The notes: a model not told the origin generated them from the sequence alone. A DNA stretch of 64,000 bases from Nitrososphaerales archaeon (GCA_965197925.1 CBDAOC010000020.1:800001-864000); one strand, 5' to 3'. Counted from the first letter of the stretch, positions 23,368-35,001 are shown. Numbers and translations are program-made.

Positions 23368-24455
23368 GAGGCTTGGGCGTAATTTAGTTCGAAACGATAA
23401 GATCAGGTTCCAGTTCATATTGGTAATGTGTCTAGCCCAGACTCGATACTCCTTCGTATATTATTTTTGATTGACGTGATTCCTTGGTCAAAACCTAATA
23501 GGAAAAGGGGTAGACCATTCTACTATTCTCCTACAGTTATGGTAGATGCTTCATCGTTAGAGTATGGGTAAGAATACCAAGCAACAATGCTTTGCATGAA
23601 TACTTTTCGATAGACATGCCATACAACAGGAAGGTAATGGGGTATGTGGTTTGGATAGGTTGCCAGACAGAAGAACATTCGACAGAAGGTTCAAGGCCAT
23701 CAATTGACATAAGATCAAGGATAGATGTTATGGGTATGCTCTTCATAAAAGATGGGTTGGTAGACCCAGCCATAATATCCGTTGACAGTTCATTGTTGAA
23801 AGCAAAGGGACATGTATGGCACAAATCTAGCATGAAGAAGAATGAAGTGCCACGCTCCGGTATAGATACAGATGCTCGATGGGGCTACAGCAGAACCAAG
23901 GGATGGGTATTCGGATACAAGATGCATCTAGCATGTAGCACAGGTTCGTTGATAGTTCCATTATCAGCTGATTTCACAACAGCTAACATTACTGATAACA
24001 AGATGTATGAAAGCATAACATCTTCATTGCCTACAGGAATGGTAAGGTATGTTGTAGGAGATGAAGGATATGATGATCACAAGTTATGTGATTTCAGCAG
24101 GTATAGAGGGTATCCAGTATTCCCATTGGAAAGGTACAAGCATACTACAGATAATAATAGACTGGCATTGCTGCAGTTCTATAACTCTGAATTTGGACAG
24201 CATGTATATTCTCGGAGGAGCATAAGCGTTGAGCCATTGGTAGAGCATATGAAGGATGTATTTACCATAGATCCATTGCCAGTTAGAGGATTTGATAAGG
24301 TAAGGAGTATAGTATTGTTATCAGTATTGTTGTATCAGGTAATGGTTTACTACAACTACTTGACAGGAAGACCATTAAGGGCATTGAAGTATATGTTGGG
24401 AAGCTAATAGTAATAATTTCAAAATAATATTATAATTGAATTATGCCCAAGTCTC
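23368..24455 (+). mobile_element. IS-C full-length copy (frameshifted transposase)
   Basis: TIRs GAGGCTTGGGCGTAATT / AATTATGCCCAAGTCTC; flanks do not match each other. Confidence 0.95.
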
Positions 24456-24766
24456 AATTACTTCTTTAGGCCCTTGAATGTTCTTCAGGGAATCTTTCTG
24501 TAGTTCGCTCAATGGAATATTTACACTGTTCTTGATGTGCCAGTCTGTAAATTCTTCTGGCTGCCTTACGTCATTAGGAGTTCCCTTCCGCTATCCAACG
24601 ATTTTTTGAATTCATTCACGGAAATGTCGGTGTCATTTCCCTCTACAAGATTCCACTCCCATGCGCCCAGGCCTCCTTTGAGATACTTGGCGTTCATCCC
24701 TAGTTGACCCATCATTGATGCAATTTTGCTGGAATGGTGTTCATCGTCACTCACAAGAGCTATTTC
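24456..24766 (-). pseudogene. Internal fragment of a tandem-rhodanese protein trapped between two IS
   Basis: YLKGGLGAW, then after a frameshift DVRQPEEFTDWHIKNSVNIPL; both ends cut at IS termini. Confidence 0.8.
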
Positions 24767-25646
24767 GAAGTCATCCCAATACTCTCCAATACATCATAAT
24801 CGACGAAATGATAACAAATGCCAGATAGTTTTGTGCATTCTTCTCATATCTGATCCTGGTTCTGTGGAACCCATTCTTCAACCAGGCAAAGAATCTCTCC
24901 ACAACATAGCGCGTCTTGCCGTATAGGTATTGTTCTGTATTATCATTTTGTTGTTGTGTCTTACTGTTTTTTCTGTAAGGTATGCAGTCAGAGATTTTTC
25001 TTTTGGTGAGGTATTTCCTGATGAATTCTGCATCATAGCCCTTGTCTGCTTGGCACCGCGCAATTTTTCTGATAGATCTCTCATCCAGATATTGTGAGAT
25101 GCCATCCATCACGTCTACAAATCTTGCAGAGTCATGCTGATTTGCAGGACCCATCACTACTGAGACTGGCAGTCCGTTTTGTTCCACCGCAACGTGTATT
25201 TTTGTGCCTGAAATCCTGTTGAATCCGTTGTATCCTATGACGCTTCCCCTTTTTTGGCCGGAACTGATGACGAATCGACCGTTTTTTGCAGCTGCATCTT
25301 GCCTGATCTGTGGGCTGATTTGACTGCAGCGGAGAGGATATTCTTCCATATTCCACGTCGCTGCCAGTTCTGCAGTCTGCGGTGCGCAGTTGATTTGGAG
25401 CCGTACCTTTGTGACATCCCAGTCCACCTGCATCCTGTTATCCCGACAAACAGGATTCCGTTGACTGTCTTTCTGTCGTCTGCCCTTGGCCTTCCGGTTC
25501 TGGCTGGCTTTGGGAGATGCGGTGATATCATCTTCCATTGTTCACCTGTTATCTCCTGAAATTTCATGATCTGCTACGGGCAGCATTGCAAATAGATCCA
25601 AATGATCGTCAATTATTCACTAAGTGATCAGTTTTGGGATCAGTTG
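24767..25646 (-). mobile_element. IS5-family IS-B copy 2 (transposase 24771-25567)
   Basis: Near-identical to 18552-19431; flanks TTC/GTC come from unrelated DNA. Confidence 0.95.
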
Positions 25647-25986
25647 GTCAATTGATATGGCCTTGAACCTTCTGTCGAATGTTCTTCTGTCTGGCAACCT
25701 ATCCAAACCACATACCCCATTACCTTCCTGTTGTATGGCATGTCTATCGAAAAGTATTCATGCAAAGCATTGTTGCTTGGTATTCTTACCCATACTCTAA
25801 CGATGAAGCATCTACCATAACTGTAGGAGAATAGTAGAATGGTCTACCCCTTTTCCTATTAGGTTTTGACCGAATCACGTCAATCAAAAATAATATACGA
25901 AGGAGTATCGAGTCTGGGCTAGACACATTACCAATATGAACTGGAACCTGATCTTATCGTTTCGAACTAAATTACGCCCAAGCCTC
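25647..25986 (-). mobile_element. IS-C left-end fragment truncated by IS-B
   Basis: Reverse complement of about 23368-23710, including the TIR. Confidence 0.9.
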
Positions 25987-27200
25987 AAGTATTTAAGAAA
26001 TTGAACCAGTCAAGTACTGACCGGATCTTTACAGATATTGCAGAAAAGATATTGTAAATAGCTTGAACTGGAATGGATAATGCATCACTGATCTTATTCC
26101 GTATATCCCCGAATAATGATAGTATTGATGTAACTGGGTCTTCGAATATCGCAGATATCTTAGTTTTTATATTCTCGAATAATGTTTTTATGAATGCAAC
26201 CGGGCCTTCTAATGTCTCCAATATCTTATCCTTAATATCTACAAAGGCGTTCACGAAAGAGTTCCAAGCTGGGAGTATGGTATCCCCCAGTACCGTTAAT
26301 ACATTCGACCAAAATTCCTCGAAGAAAAACCAGGCCGTGTTTATTATGCTGTCAAAACTCTGCTTAACCTTCAACCAGAAGATCTGCATTCTTTTCCTAG
26401 CAGGTTCTAGTATTTCATTGATATTCTTACTTGATGTATCGAAAAAGGTTGCAGCTTTCTCCCAGTTCGTGCTAGCTGCTTCTACACTACTGCGTGCTTT
26501 ATCTGAAGAGTTTTCGATATTCTCCCAGTTCTCACTGACTCCTCCTGCATCTGGAAACTAGGGGAATAGATACTGGCCTATCCATTTGTATAATTCCTCC
26601 AATCCTATTCTCTGTACCTCGAATGGATCAATGTTACTAGCCTGTTTCTTTTTCTCCTCAATGTCTTCAGGCAGTTCATCGGACGTCAAGTATTACTCCA
26701 ACTAATTTCTTGATATCCGCCCCAAATCCTGTTCCCAAACCTTTGAAAATTGGATAGACCCATGTGTAAAATGGGTGGATAACTTCAGTTAGCAGTAAGA
26801 TCATGACAGGCCTCAGCAAGAGTCCAAGGAAGTCTGCGATGGGTTTTAAGAGCAGCGTTATTGAGTTTTTCATAAGCTTGAACGTTCCCTGAAGGACACC
26901 ACTGGACTTTACGGCAAGTGCACCTAGCGTAGCTATACCAACCGCAATCCCCCCCAATTTGAGGAGTGATCCGCCCATGCCCTTCATCTGCGTTAACATG
27001 GATTTGCTAGCTGGCACTTGTTCATTGATATTTTTCTGCATCGTCTGAGTGAATTGGTTCAGCTTCTTGAATTGGCCTGCTTGAGGATTGACGCCAACCC
27101 TCACAGAACCGGGCTTGAACGCCTTCTCTATCGCTCTTACCTGTTTTTCTAGTTCAGTGCTCTTTAATCTTAAGTGAAGGGTTAATTGTTCTGAGGACAT
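25987..27200 (-). pseudogene. Tail tape-measure-like protein, disrupted
   Basis: ORFs 26676-27200 and 25985-26389 join through one frameshift and TAG 26558-26560; amphipathic W/F-periodic helices; 3' end cut by IS-C. Confidence 0.6.
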
Positions 27201-27376
27201 TATATTACATATTTTTCAAATCTCTTAAATGAGAGAACTAATCATAACTCCTGCATCATTTTTTACTCAAAAAAGGCCTTATTTTGTCATTTTTGCTACC
27301 TAGCTCTGCGTAAATGCGGGTGGTGGGTAGGTATCTGGCAAAGTTAATAATAATTAATAGTATACAACAGTTAACT

Positions 27377-27701
27377 CTTGAACCTTCTGTCTAATGTTCT
27401 TTTATCTGGCAACCTATCAAGACCACATGCCTTCATTACCTTCCTGTTGTATGGCATGTCTATCGAAAAGTATTGATGTAACACATTGTTGCTTGGTATT
27501 CTTACCCATACTCTAACGATGAAGCATCTACCATAACTGTAGGAGAATAGTAGAATGGTCTACCCTTTTCCTATTAGGTTTTGACCGAATCACGTCAATC
27601 AAAAATAATATACGAAGGAGTATCGAGTCTGGGCTAGACATATTAACAATGAAAATTGAAACCTGATCTTATCGTTTCGAACTAAATTATGCCCAAGCCT
27701 C
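27377..27701 (-). mobile_element. IS-C left-end fragment (325 bp)
   Basis: TIR at 27685-27701; flanks AGTTAACT / AATTAACT. Confidence 0.9.
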
Positions 27702-27786
27702 AATTAACTTTACAATGAGTGTAAAAGTAAAGTTGCGGCTTGACTCTTATAGACATCTTCTAGTGTCCTAATAAATCAATCTCTAA

Positions 27787-28998
27787 TTATCCGTCTACCA
27801 CAACTTCGTCCTTCCTGTAGCTCCATTTCAGTAAAATTGGAGTCAGGATTGTTGTAACCGCTACCATCAATATAACTACAGTATAGATATCACCTGTTAG
27901 CACACCCGAGGTAACACCTACACCCGCGACGATCAACCCAACTTCACCTCTAGAAACCATCCCTATTCCTACCCTCATCGACCTCTCTTTGTTCTTCAAG
28001 AATAGCATTGCCGGCAGGCCACAACCAACTATCTTTGTCACTATTGCAATTCCTATTAGTACAACTCCCAGTAGCAAAACATTTTGATTTAGTCCAGTTA
28101 AATTTACCTGTGCACCAATAATTGCAAAGAACAATGGCGCAAAAATAAATTCCAACTTTCCAACATATTCCTCTAATCTCTTTAGAATAGGTGTACTTGC
28201 CAGTGCCATTCCAGCTGCAAATGCGCCAACGATTGGGGAAAGTCCAGCTAGTGTTGCAAGAGCTGCTATTCCAAAGAATGCTGCAGTTGCTACTGCTTCC
28301 ACACTGCCTTTTGCTTTCCAGAGATCAGCTCTTGCGACCACCTTTGGCAAGACAATAATTGCCGCTATCAACAGTATCGCGAATAGTCCAAGAACCTTTA
28401 ATATAAGAAACGTTATTTCTACTGGATCAATTGTAACTCCATGTTGAACCATTGACGTTACTACAGACAGAACTGCAAGAGCTAGTATGTCATCGACAAT
28501 AGCAGCCCCCAAGATCAATCTTGCTTCTGGTGCCTGTAACTTTCCAAGCTGGGTCAACACCTGAACAGATATCGCAATGCTTGTTGCAGTAAGCGCTGTT
28601 GCAACGAGCATTGCCTGCAATGCTTCGTATCCAAAGAGGGTGAAGATATAATAACCAGCAAAGAAGGGTAAAACCACACCTATAGAGCCTACCGTAAAAA
28701 AAGATGTACCGCCTTTGAAAAATTCTCTTGGTGTTATATGCATTCCAGCAATAAAGAGAATCACGATTGCACCTATTTCACCAATTACTCGAATTGGTTC
28801 GTTAAGTTCTATCAATGGCCCTCCATTGAAAAGGTGTAAACCCCCAAGAGCGAATGGACCGATTATTATACCGGCTGTTAACTCACCTAACACAATAGGT
28901 AATTTGATACGGTTGAATCCCTCTGCTAGAAGTTTGGCAGCAAATAAAAAGAGGCAAATGGTTATAATGGTTCGTAAAAACTCTGATTCAACTGCCAA
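27787..28998 (-). CDS. Cation:proton antiporter, CPA2 (NapA/KefB-like)
   Basis: Multi-TM; TATSIAI, GAAIVDDI and GMVSRGEVGLI. Confidence 0.95.
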   Translation of the reverse strand: MAVESEFLRTIITICLFLFAAKLLAEGFNRIKLPIVLGELTAGIIIGPFALGGLHLFNGGPLIELNEPIRVIGEIGAIVILFIAGMHITPREFFKGGTSFFTVGSIGVVLPFFAGYYIFTLFGYEALQAMLVATALTATSIAISVQVLTQLGKLQAPEARLILGAAIVDDILALAVLSVVTSMVQHGVTIDPVEITFLILKVLGLFAILLIAAIIVLPKVVARADLWKAKGSVEAVATAAFFGIAALATLAGLSPIVGAFAAGMALASTPILKRLEEYVGKLEFIFAPLFFAIIGAQVNLTGLNQNVLLLGVVLIGIAIVTKIVGCGLPAMLFLKNKERSMRVGIGMVSRGEVGLIVAGVGVTSGVLTGDIYTVVILMVAVTTILTPILLKWSYRKDEVVVDG

Positions 28999-29354
28999 TT
29001 TACTCTTTAGTGAATAAGGGTGATTTAAAATACATTGGCAAAATGAATAAGTAAATTATCATTGGCGATTCTGTTTCCCTCTCAAAACTATAAACGATAT
29101 ATCATTACTTTATAGAAACTATCCTCTCTTAATATTCAAATTCGCGCAAACATTTTGTAATGTAGAATTTCTGGAACTAAAATCCACTGTTGTGTAAGTT
29201 AAAATAAAGAGTTATGGTAGTTAGCTCTGATGTAGTTCATGGGTGGACCGAAGGAAATGAAATTATCGTGTTAGCATTGGCACAGTAACTACAACAGCGC
29301 TACTTTACCTCATTTTTCATCAAGCTTAAATGGATGCAAAGTTTGATTTGATCG

Positions 29355-30152
29355 ATGAATAGGTCTGTAGAAATAATCAGTATTGGCAACGAACTTTTAG
29401 AAGGTCATACGCTGAATACTAATGCACATTGGTTGGCTAGTATAATAACAGGTAATGGTGGTGTCATAAGAAGAATCACAGTTGTTCGTGATGAAATCGA
29501 TGAAATAGCTGATTCTGTAAGGGAATCTATTGGAAGGAAATGTTCGTGGATAGTAGTATCAGGGGGCTTAGGTCCTACCTATGATGATAAGACACTGCAG
29601 GGTTTAGCAAAAGCACTTGGGCGAAAGCTGACAGTAAATAAAGAGGCGATTAGTATGCTGAAACGCGAATATTTGAAGATATCAAATCCCATCCTTACTG
29701 CTCCCCGTTACAAGATGGCGAAATTGCCTAGTGGTTCAAAAGCATTAGAAAATATGGTAGGGCATGCTCCAGGGGTTATGGTAAAACATGGATCATGTAC
29801 CATATTTGTAGTCCCTGGAGTTCCACAAGAATTAAAGTCTATATTCTCTATGCAAGTACTTCCCATCCTAAAGCGGAGAATTGGAAGGTACGTGAGGGAG
29901 GAGAGAGTTCTTGAAGTAAAAGAAGTGATGGAATCTGTACTCGCTCCATATCTTGATATAGTTGTCGCTAAAAATCCAAATGTTTATGTGAAATCACATC
30001 CTAAGGAATTTAACAAAGGGGTATCAACATTAAATATTAATATTACTGCAGAAGCCAGTGACAAAAGAACTGTTAAAAGATATTTAATAATAGCGGTTCG
30101 CCAGATGAGGCTTCATATTAAAGAAGCTGGTGGAAAAGTAAGACAGATCTGA
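29355..30152 (+). CDS. cinA: CinA-like molybdopterin-binding-domain protein
   Basis: IGNELLEG..NTNA, SGGLGPTYDDKT, GHAPG, PGVPQE. Confidence 0.9.
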   Translation: MNRSVEIISIGNELLEGHTLNTNAHWLASIITGNGGVIRRITVVRDEIDEIADSVRESIGRKCSWIVVSGGLGPTYDDKTLQGLAKALGRKLTVNKEAISMLKREYLKISNPILTAPRYKMAKLPSGSKALENMVGHAPGVMVKHGSCTIFVVPGVPQELKSIFSMQVLPILKRRIGRYVREERVLEVKEVMESVLAPYLDIVVAKNPNVYVKSHPKEFNKGVSTLNINITAEASDKRTVKRYLIIAVRQMRLHIKEAGGKVRQI

Positions 30153-30649
30153 ACACAGAGATGTCATCTGCCCTGCAAGCATCACCAACTTTTTGTAAAT
30201 TAGGGAAAGAGTAAATTGATAACCGAAGCAAGAACCTAATCTTTGAAGACAATTACTACTGGACTTTTCAGAATTGGGGGAACTGTTAATTTCCAAATGA
30301 TATTTGTGTGGATGGGAATGCAGCTAAGACAAGGTATAATTAACTTTCGAAGGAATAGATTGAAATCAAGAATCAGATGTGTAACATAATATTACAAATA
30401 CCTGCAGGGAGAATAATATGTTATCTACGAATAAATAGGTGGAAATCAGATGATGAGAAATAAGTTAATTACCTTGGACAATAACCCCGAGGACCTTTTG
30501 CTAGAAAAAATCACCTAGTATTGCGCTCTTATCCTGAACATTATCCGTTGATTCAAACCAAGGGTAATGCATGCTTGGGGATGAACTGCCGTTCAGTCAT
30601 GTTTTCCAGAGAAATAAGAATTTCATTATAATGTCTAATCAATAGGCAA

Positions 30650-30723
30650 TGGGTGCGGTCGGATTTGAACCGACGACCACCTGCGTGTAAGGCAGGTATC
30701 CTAACCAGCTAGACGACGCACCC
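30650..30723 (-). tRNA. tRNA-Val(UAC)
   Basis: GGGTGCG...CCTGC-CTTACAC-GCAGG...GGTTCAAATCC...CGCACCCA cloverleaf. Confidence 0.97.
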
Positions 30724-31141
30724 TGCAGATTATCAGAACAGAATAAATCATTTAAAGCTTGGTTGTAACCAAGGAATTTTTAAATCTACATAAAAAAATT
30801 GGGTTGCTCGTTTTTTTCCTCTACAGCACTTTGCTTTTCAACTATCAATTATTTGCCTTGCTGTAGGCTCCATTTTGCGTGTCTAACAACAATTATTAAT
30901 GACAAGAACGATAAAGGATTTTGTTATTTTCTTATGATTCAATGTAATAGATTGAATAATATCACTAAAAACTGATTAACAAGCGTAAACAACACGAAAA
31001 TGATGAAAATATTGTACTCCAGGCCGATACGATTGGAAAAACCTATGTCTGCCGGAGATAGGAATGTGATTAGTAATTTTACTTGATGATGTTAATAATC
31101 TATATTTCATAATTTATAAGAAAGTTAATAATAAATATGGC

Positions 31142-31525
31142 ATGCCAATCGTAAGCATTTCCATAAATGATGAAATGCTTGATGAAGTCGATAAAATGAT
31201 GAAGGAGCTCGGTTTTGCTGGGAGGTCAGAATTGGTTCGCGCAGGTATAAGAAGTCTTATTTCAGAAGAAAGAGAACGACAAGATCTGTTGGGAACACTC
31301 CATGCTTTGCTTCTTGTTATTCACAATGAAGAATCAGAACAAGAGGTGACCAAGTCAAAACATACTTTTGATGATTTGATCGGTACTCATCTACATAGCA
31401 AGATAAATAACAACAAATGTTTGGAAATATTCTTGCTTAGTGGCGAAGCCGATAAGATCAAGAATATGACCAAAGAATTTCAAATAAATAGGAAGATGGA
31501 TCGCGTTAAATTAATTCCAATGTAA
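31142..31525 (+). CDS. nikR: NikR/CopG ribbon-helix-helix metal-responsive regulator
   Basis: IVSISI..GFAGRSELVRAGIR; HLH..CLEIF metal-site residues. Confidence 0.8.
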   Translation: MPIVSISINDEMLDEVDKMMKELGFAGRSELVRAGIRSLISEERERQDLLGTLHALLLVIHNEESEQEVTKSKHTFDDLIGTHLHSKINNNKCLEIFLLSGEADKIKNMTKEFQINRKMDRVKLIPM

Positions 31526-31539
31526 ATAGATTCTATGAA

Positions 31540-32571
31540 ATGAGCAGCAATCTGTTCTTCTTCACAAGTCCTATAGGTCTTGGTCATGCTGCCAGGGACA
31601 TAGTAATAGCATCAAAATTGGATGCGACTATGACATTTGTGAGCGGCCAACCAGCATCAAGGCTAATCAGTGACTACGGTTTTCTGGTTAAGGATCTTTA
31701 CAAATACAGAGGATTCAAAGTTGATGAATCTGGTAGATTGAAATATAGATCCATCTGGCTCATGAAATACTGGTTATTTTACAAAAGATGCAAAGATGTC
31801 TCAAGGCACCTCATAAATGATGAAAAAACTAAAGTCGTAATAGCAGACGAGGATTTCGCTGCAACCTCAATAGCTCAAGAAAATAGTATTCCCAATGTTA
31901 TGATTACGGACTTTTTTGAAACTAGTTTCACAAAAGGTAAACTATTCTCACCAATAGAAAAGAAAATGAATAAAGTTATGAAGAATATTATAAGTAAATC
32001 CACACAGGTCATTATTCCATCCTATGGTGAGGATCATGATAATTTTGCATTTGTGGGACCCATAGTAAGGGAGCTTAGCTCTAGTAGAGACGAATTGAGA
32101 AAACAGTTTGGTTTTGATCGCAAAACTATATTGGTTACAATAGGTGGAACTGATGCTGGGCTGTTTCTAATAGATAAAGCAATAGAAGCTTTCAATGCAA
32201 TAAATAAAAGGATAGACGCAGAAATGATAATTGCATCGGGACCTTCAGTGAATGTTGAACTATCAGGAATAAGAAATATTGGTTATGTTAAGAATTTACA
32301 TGAAATGGTATCGGCCTGTGACCTTTTAATCTCTTTGGCAGGAAGATCAACCACTGACGAAGCAGAGGTTTATGGAACGCCTGGCATATTCATACCCATA
32401 AAGTATCATTTTGAACAAGAAGATAACGCTAAACGACATGGTTATTCATTTGCCGATATATATAGACTGAAGGATCTAATCCCTCTGAAGCTGGATTCTT
32501 CTCGGAAGAGGGTAAAAACCACTAATGGTTTGGCGAAAACCACGGCATTGGTATCCAAGCTCATGAAATAA
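31540..32571 (+). CDS. GT-B glycosyltransferase (MurG/GT28-like)
   Basis: GLGHAARD, LVTIGGT, DLLISLAGRST, HFEQEDNA. Confidence 0.88.
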   Translation: MSSNLFFFTSPIGLGHAARDIVIASKLDATMTFVSGQPASRLISDYGFLVKDLYKYRGFKVDESGRLKYRSIWLMKYWLFYKRCKDVSRHLINDEKTKVVIADEDFAATSIAQENSIPNVMITDFFETSFTKGKLFSPIEKKMNKVMKNIISKSTQVIIPSYGEDHDNFAFVGPIVRELSSSRDELRKQFGFDRKTILVTIGGTDAGLFLIDKAIEAFNAINKRIDAEMIIASGPSVNVELSGIRNIGYVKNLHEMVSACDLLISLAGRSTTDEAEVYGTPGIFIPIKYHFEQEDNAKRHGYSFADIYRLKDLIPLKLDSSRKRVKTTNGLAKTTALVSKLMK

Positions 32572-32630
32572 TTGTTTTCAATCAAATACTTATTACGAAG
32601 AAATGTTAGATAGCACAAAAGCGCAAAAAT

Positions 32631-34046
32631 ATGGAAATAGTAACTATAGCAAAATTCGGTGGAAGTGCGTTAGGTACGACAGGCTCCAATATACCGAAGG
32701 TTGTGAAAAGAATAAAACAGATGATGAAAGAGGGTAAGGTTATTTCAGTATTTTCTGCTCCCTATGCAACATATAAAGATAAAACCCGTTCCCTTACAGA
32801 TATTACACTAGAGATAGGCCAAAATTACGCAAATGTCAAACCCGTGGGGATTGAAATTTTAAAGGAAGTGTATCAAGAAATTGCATCAAGGTACATGGAT
32901 GAAACTTGTAAAAAGGAATTTTTACCAATGCTTGATGATTTGTACGCTAATGTCATAACAACACTCAAACAAGCACTGGAATACAAAAGGTTTGTTGATG
33001 TAATAAGGGCAAAGGCACTGGCATACAGTGGGGAGGTTGCGATATCATGTACAATGAATTACGTTATGAGGAGTAGTGGAATCAAGTCTTCATTCGTTGA
33101 TCTGAACTCATGGCCTATAGTAACTGATGATAATTTCGAAGGTGCGAATTTCTTGCTTGAAGAATCTAGGATAGCCTCTAAGAATCTTCTAGATTTGATT
33201 AAGAATAATGAAGTTGTTTCCATCGGTGGTTTCATTGGAAAAACTACTGATGGTCTAGAAACCACATATGAGCGGGGAGGGACTGACAGAACAGCTGCGG
33301 ATCTTGCAATTTTGCTTTATGGAAATTATAAGTTAAAGGTTGATTTTGAAAAGGATAATCAAGTTTTAAGTGCGGATCCGAAGATTGTTGATTATGATCT
33401 TGAACATATAACAAGTCTTTCCTACAATGAGGCAAAACTTGCAGGAAGGTTTGGGATGAAAATACTTGATCCAATTGCTATAAAAGAAATAGAGGATAAT
33501 AATCTTGATATCCCATTGGTGATAACCAATATGCATTACCCTACCAATATTACCATAATAAGAAGGAATGCGCAAAGTTCGAATCAAAATCCGCTGAAGA
33601 TAGTAACAGGTAAGAAGAATTGCGCCGTGGTAAGGATGGAGTCCACATCTGCATCTTTTTTGCGTTTTGCGTTAAAGAAGGAAAAGATGTACGAAGATTT
33701 CATACAGTTGAGTCCTTACATAAAGGATCATAAAGAGATGTCTAGAATGCTGTTTCTAGACGCTGATTATGTGAGGAAAAACGAAAGGCATTTCAGAGCA
33801 TATGATAACAAAGTGGAAATTGTATTCGGAAAGGGTGTTGTGACGCTTATAGGTGATGAAATGTGGAAGGTACCAAAAATTGCGTCAATGGCAAGCAGTA
33901 CGATGGGTGATAATGATATCAATATTCTTAATATGGATGCGCAGGAAGAAACCTCGCGTATACTTTTGGTTGTAAATGACTATGGTGAAAACGTTGAAAA
34001 TGCTATTCGAGCTATACATTTGAAAAGAAAAGAGATAAAACTTTAG
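32631..34046 (+). CDS. lysC: Aspartate kinase
   Basis: AKFGGS, GGFIG, RGGTDRTA, SADPKIV, LSYNEA; C-terminal ACT-like region. Confidence 0.92.
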   Translation: MEIVTIAKFGGSALGTTGSNIPKVVKRIKQMMKEGKVISVFSAPYATYKDKTRSLTDITLEIGQNYANVKPVGIEILKEVYQEIASRYMDETCKKEFLPMLDDLYANVITTLKQALEYKRFVDVIRAKALAYSGEVAISCTMNYVMRSSGIKSSFVDLNSWPIVTDDNFEGANFLLEESRIASKNLLDLIKNNEVVSIGGFIGKTTDGLETTYERGGTDRTAADLAILLYGNYKLKVDFEKDNQVLSADPKIVDYDLEHITSLSYNEAKLAGRFGMKILDPIAIKEIEDNNLDIPLVITNMHYPTNITIIRRNAQSSNQNPLKIVTGKKNCAVVRMESTSASFLRFALKKEKMYEDFIQLSPYIKDHKEMSRMLFLDADYVRKNERHFRAYDNKVEIVFGKGVVTLIGDEMWKVPKIASMASSTMGDNDINILNMDAQEETSRILLVVNDYGENVENAIRAIHLKRKEIKL

Positions 34047-34089
34047 AAGTACTGTTACATTTATTTAAGAATCGATTTCTGATTGTTAT

Positions 34090-35001
34090 ATGCAAAAATC
34101 GTCTAAGATATGGATCAATGGAGGTTTGGTGGATTGGGATCAAGCAAAAATTCATGTGCTCACACATGGATTGCATTATGGTACCGGTGTCTTTGAAGGA
34201 ATCAGATGCTACCAAACAAATGAAGGTACCGTTATTTTCAGGATGCAGGAACATGTGAAGCGATTATTCGATAGTGCTAGGATATACATGATGAAAATGC
34301 CTTATGGATTTGATGATATATGCGATGCGATTATTCTTTTAGTCAAATCAAACAACATTCCAAATTGCTATGTTAGGCCAATAGCTTACTATGGGTATGG
34401 AAAGATGGGTGTCACCCCCTTGAATAGGGTAGATGTTGCAATTGCTTTGTGGAAGTGGGATGAATATTTGAAATCGAATTCAGCTAAGGGGCTAAAGTGT
34501 ATGATCTCTTCCTGGCGAAGGATAGATTCTAGAAGTATGCCAGTACAAGCAAAAGCAACTGCAAACTATGCTAACTCTGCTCTTGTCAGGATTGAAGCAC
34601 TGAAGAGTGGCTATGACGAGGGAATAATGTTGAATGTTGATGGTAAGGTCGCTGAGTCGAGTGCTGAAAATATATTCATAGTTAAGTGTGGTATTGTGAC
34701 AACGCCTCCTACAACCGCTGGGGCACTAGAAGGAATCACAAGGGATACAATTTTGGAGATTTCAAAGCAGAATAATATTCCAAATCAGGTCGCTAATATT
34801 ACTAGGGATGAACTTTATACAGCAGAAGAAATATTCCTAACAGGCACTGCTGCCGGAATCAAGCCTGTGATTGAAGTTGATAAAAGATTGATTGCTGATG
34901 GAGAAGCTGGTACGATAACGAAGGAATTGCGACGATTGTATGATGAATTGGTGATGGGTAGGGATAGACGGTTTACCAAATGGCTTACCCATGTAAAATA
35001 A
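34090..35001 (+). CDS. ilvE: Branched-chain amino acid aminotransferase
   Basis: LHYGTGVFEGIR, YVRP, AKATANY, LEGITR, FLTGTAA. Confidence 0.96.
   Translation: MQKSSKIWINGGLVDWDQAKIHVLTHGLHYGTGVFEGIRCYQTNEGTVIFRMQEHVKRLFDSARIYMMKMPYGFDDICDAIILLVKSNNIPNCYVRPIAYYGYGKMGVTPLNRVDVAIALWKWDEYLKSNSAKGLKCMISSWRRIDSRSMPVQAKATANYANSALVRIEALKSGYDEGIMLNVDGKVAESSAENIFIVKCGIVTTPPTTAGALEGITRDTILEISKQNNIPNQVANITRDELYTAEEIFLTGTAAGIKPVIEVDKRLIADGEAGTITKELRRLYDELVMGRDRRFTKWLTHVK

Noticed and set aside
22944..29179. 16-mer AGAATTTCTGGAACTA found in two intergenic regions as a regulatory site
   Set aside because: One such match is plausible by chance in 64 kb of AT-rich DNA, and the distances to genes differ
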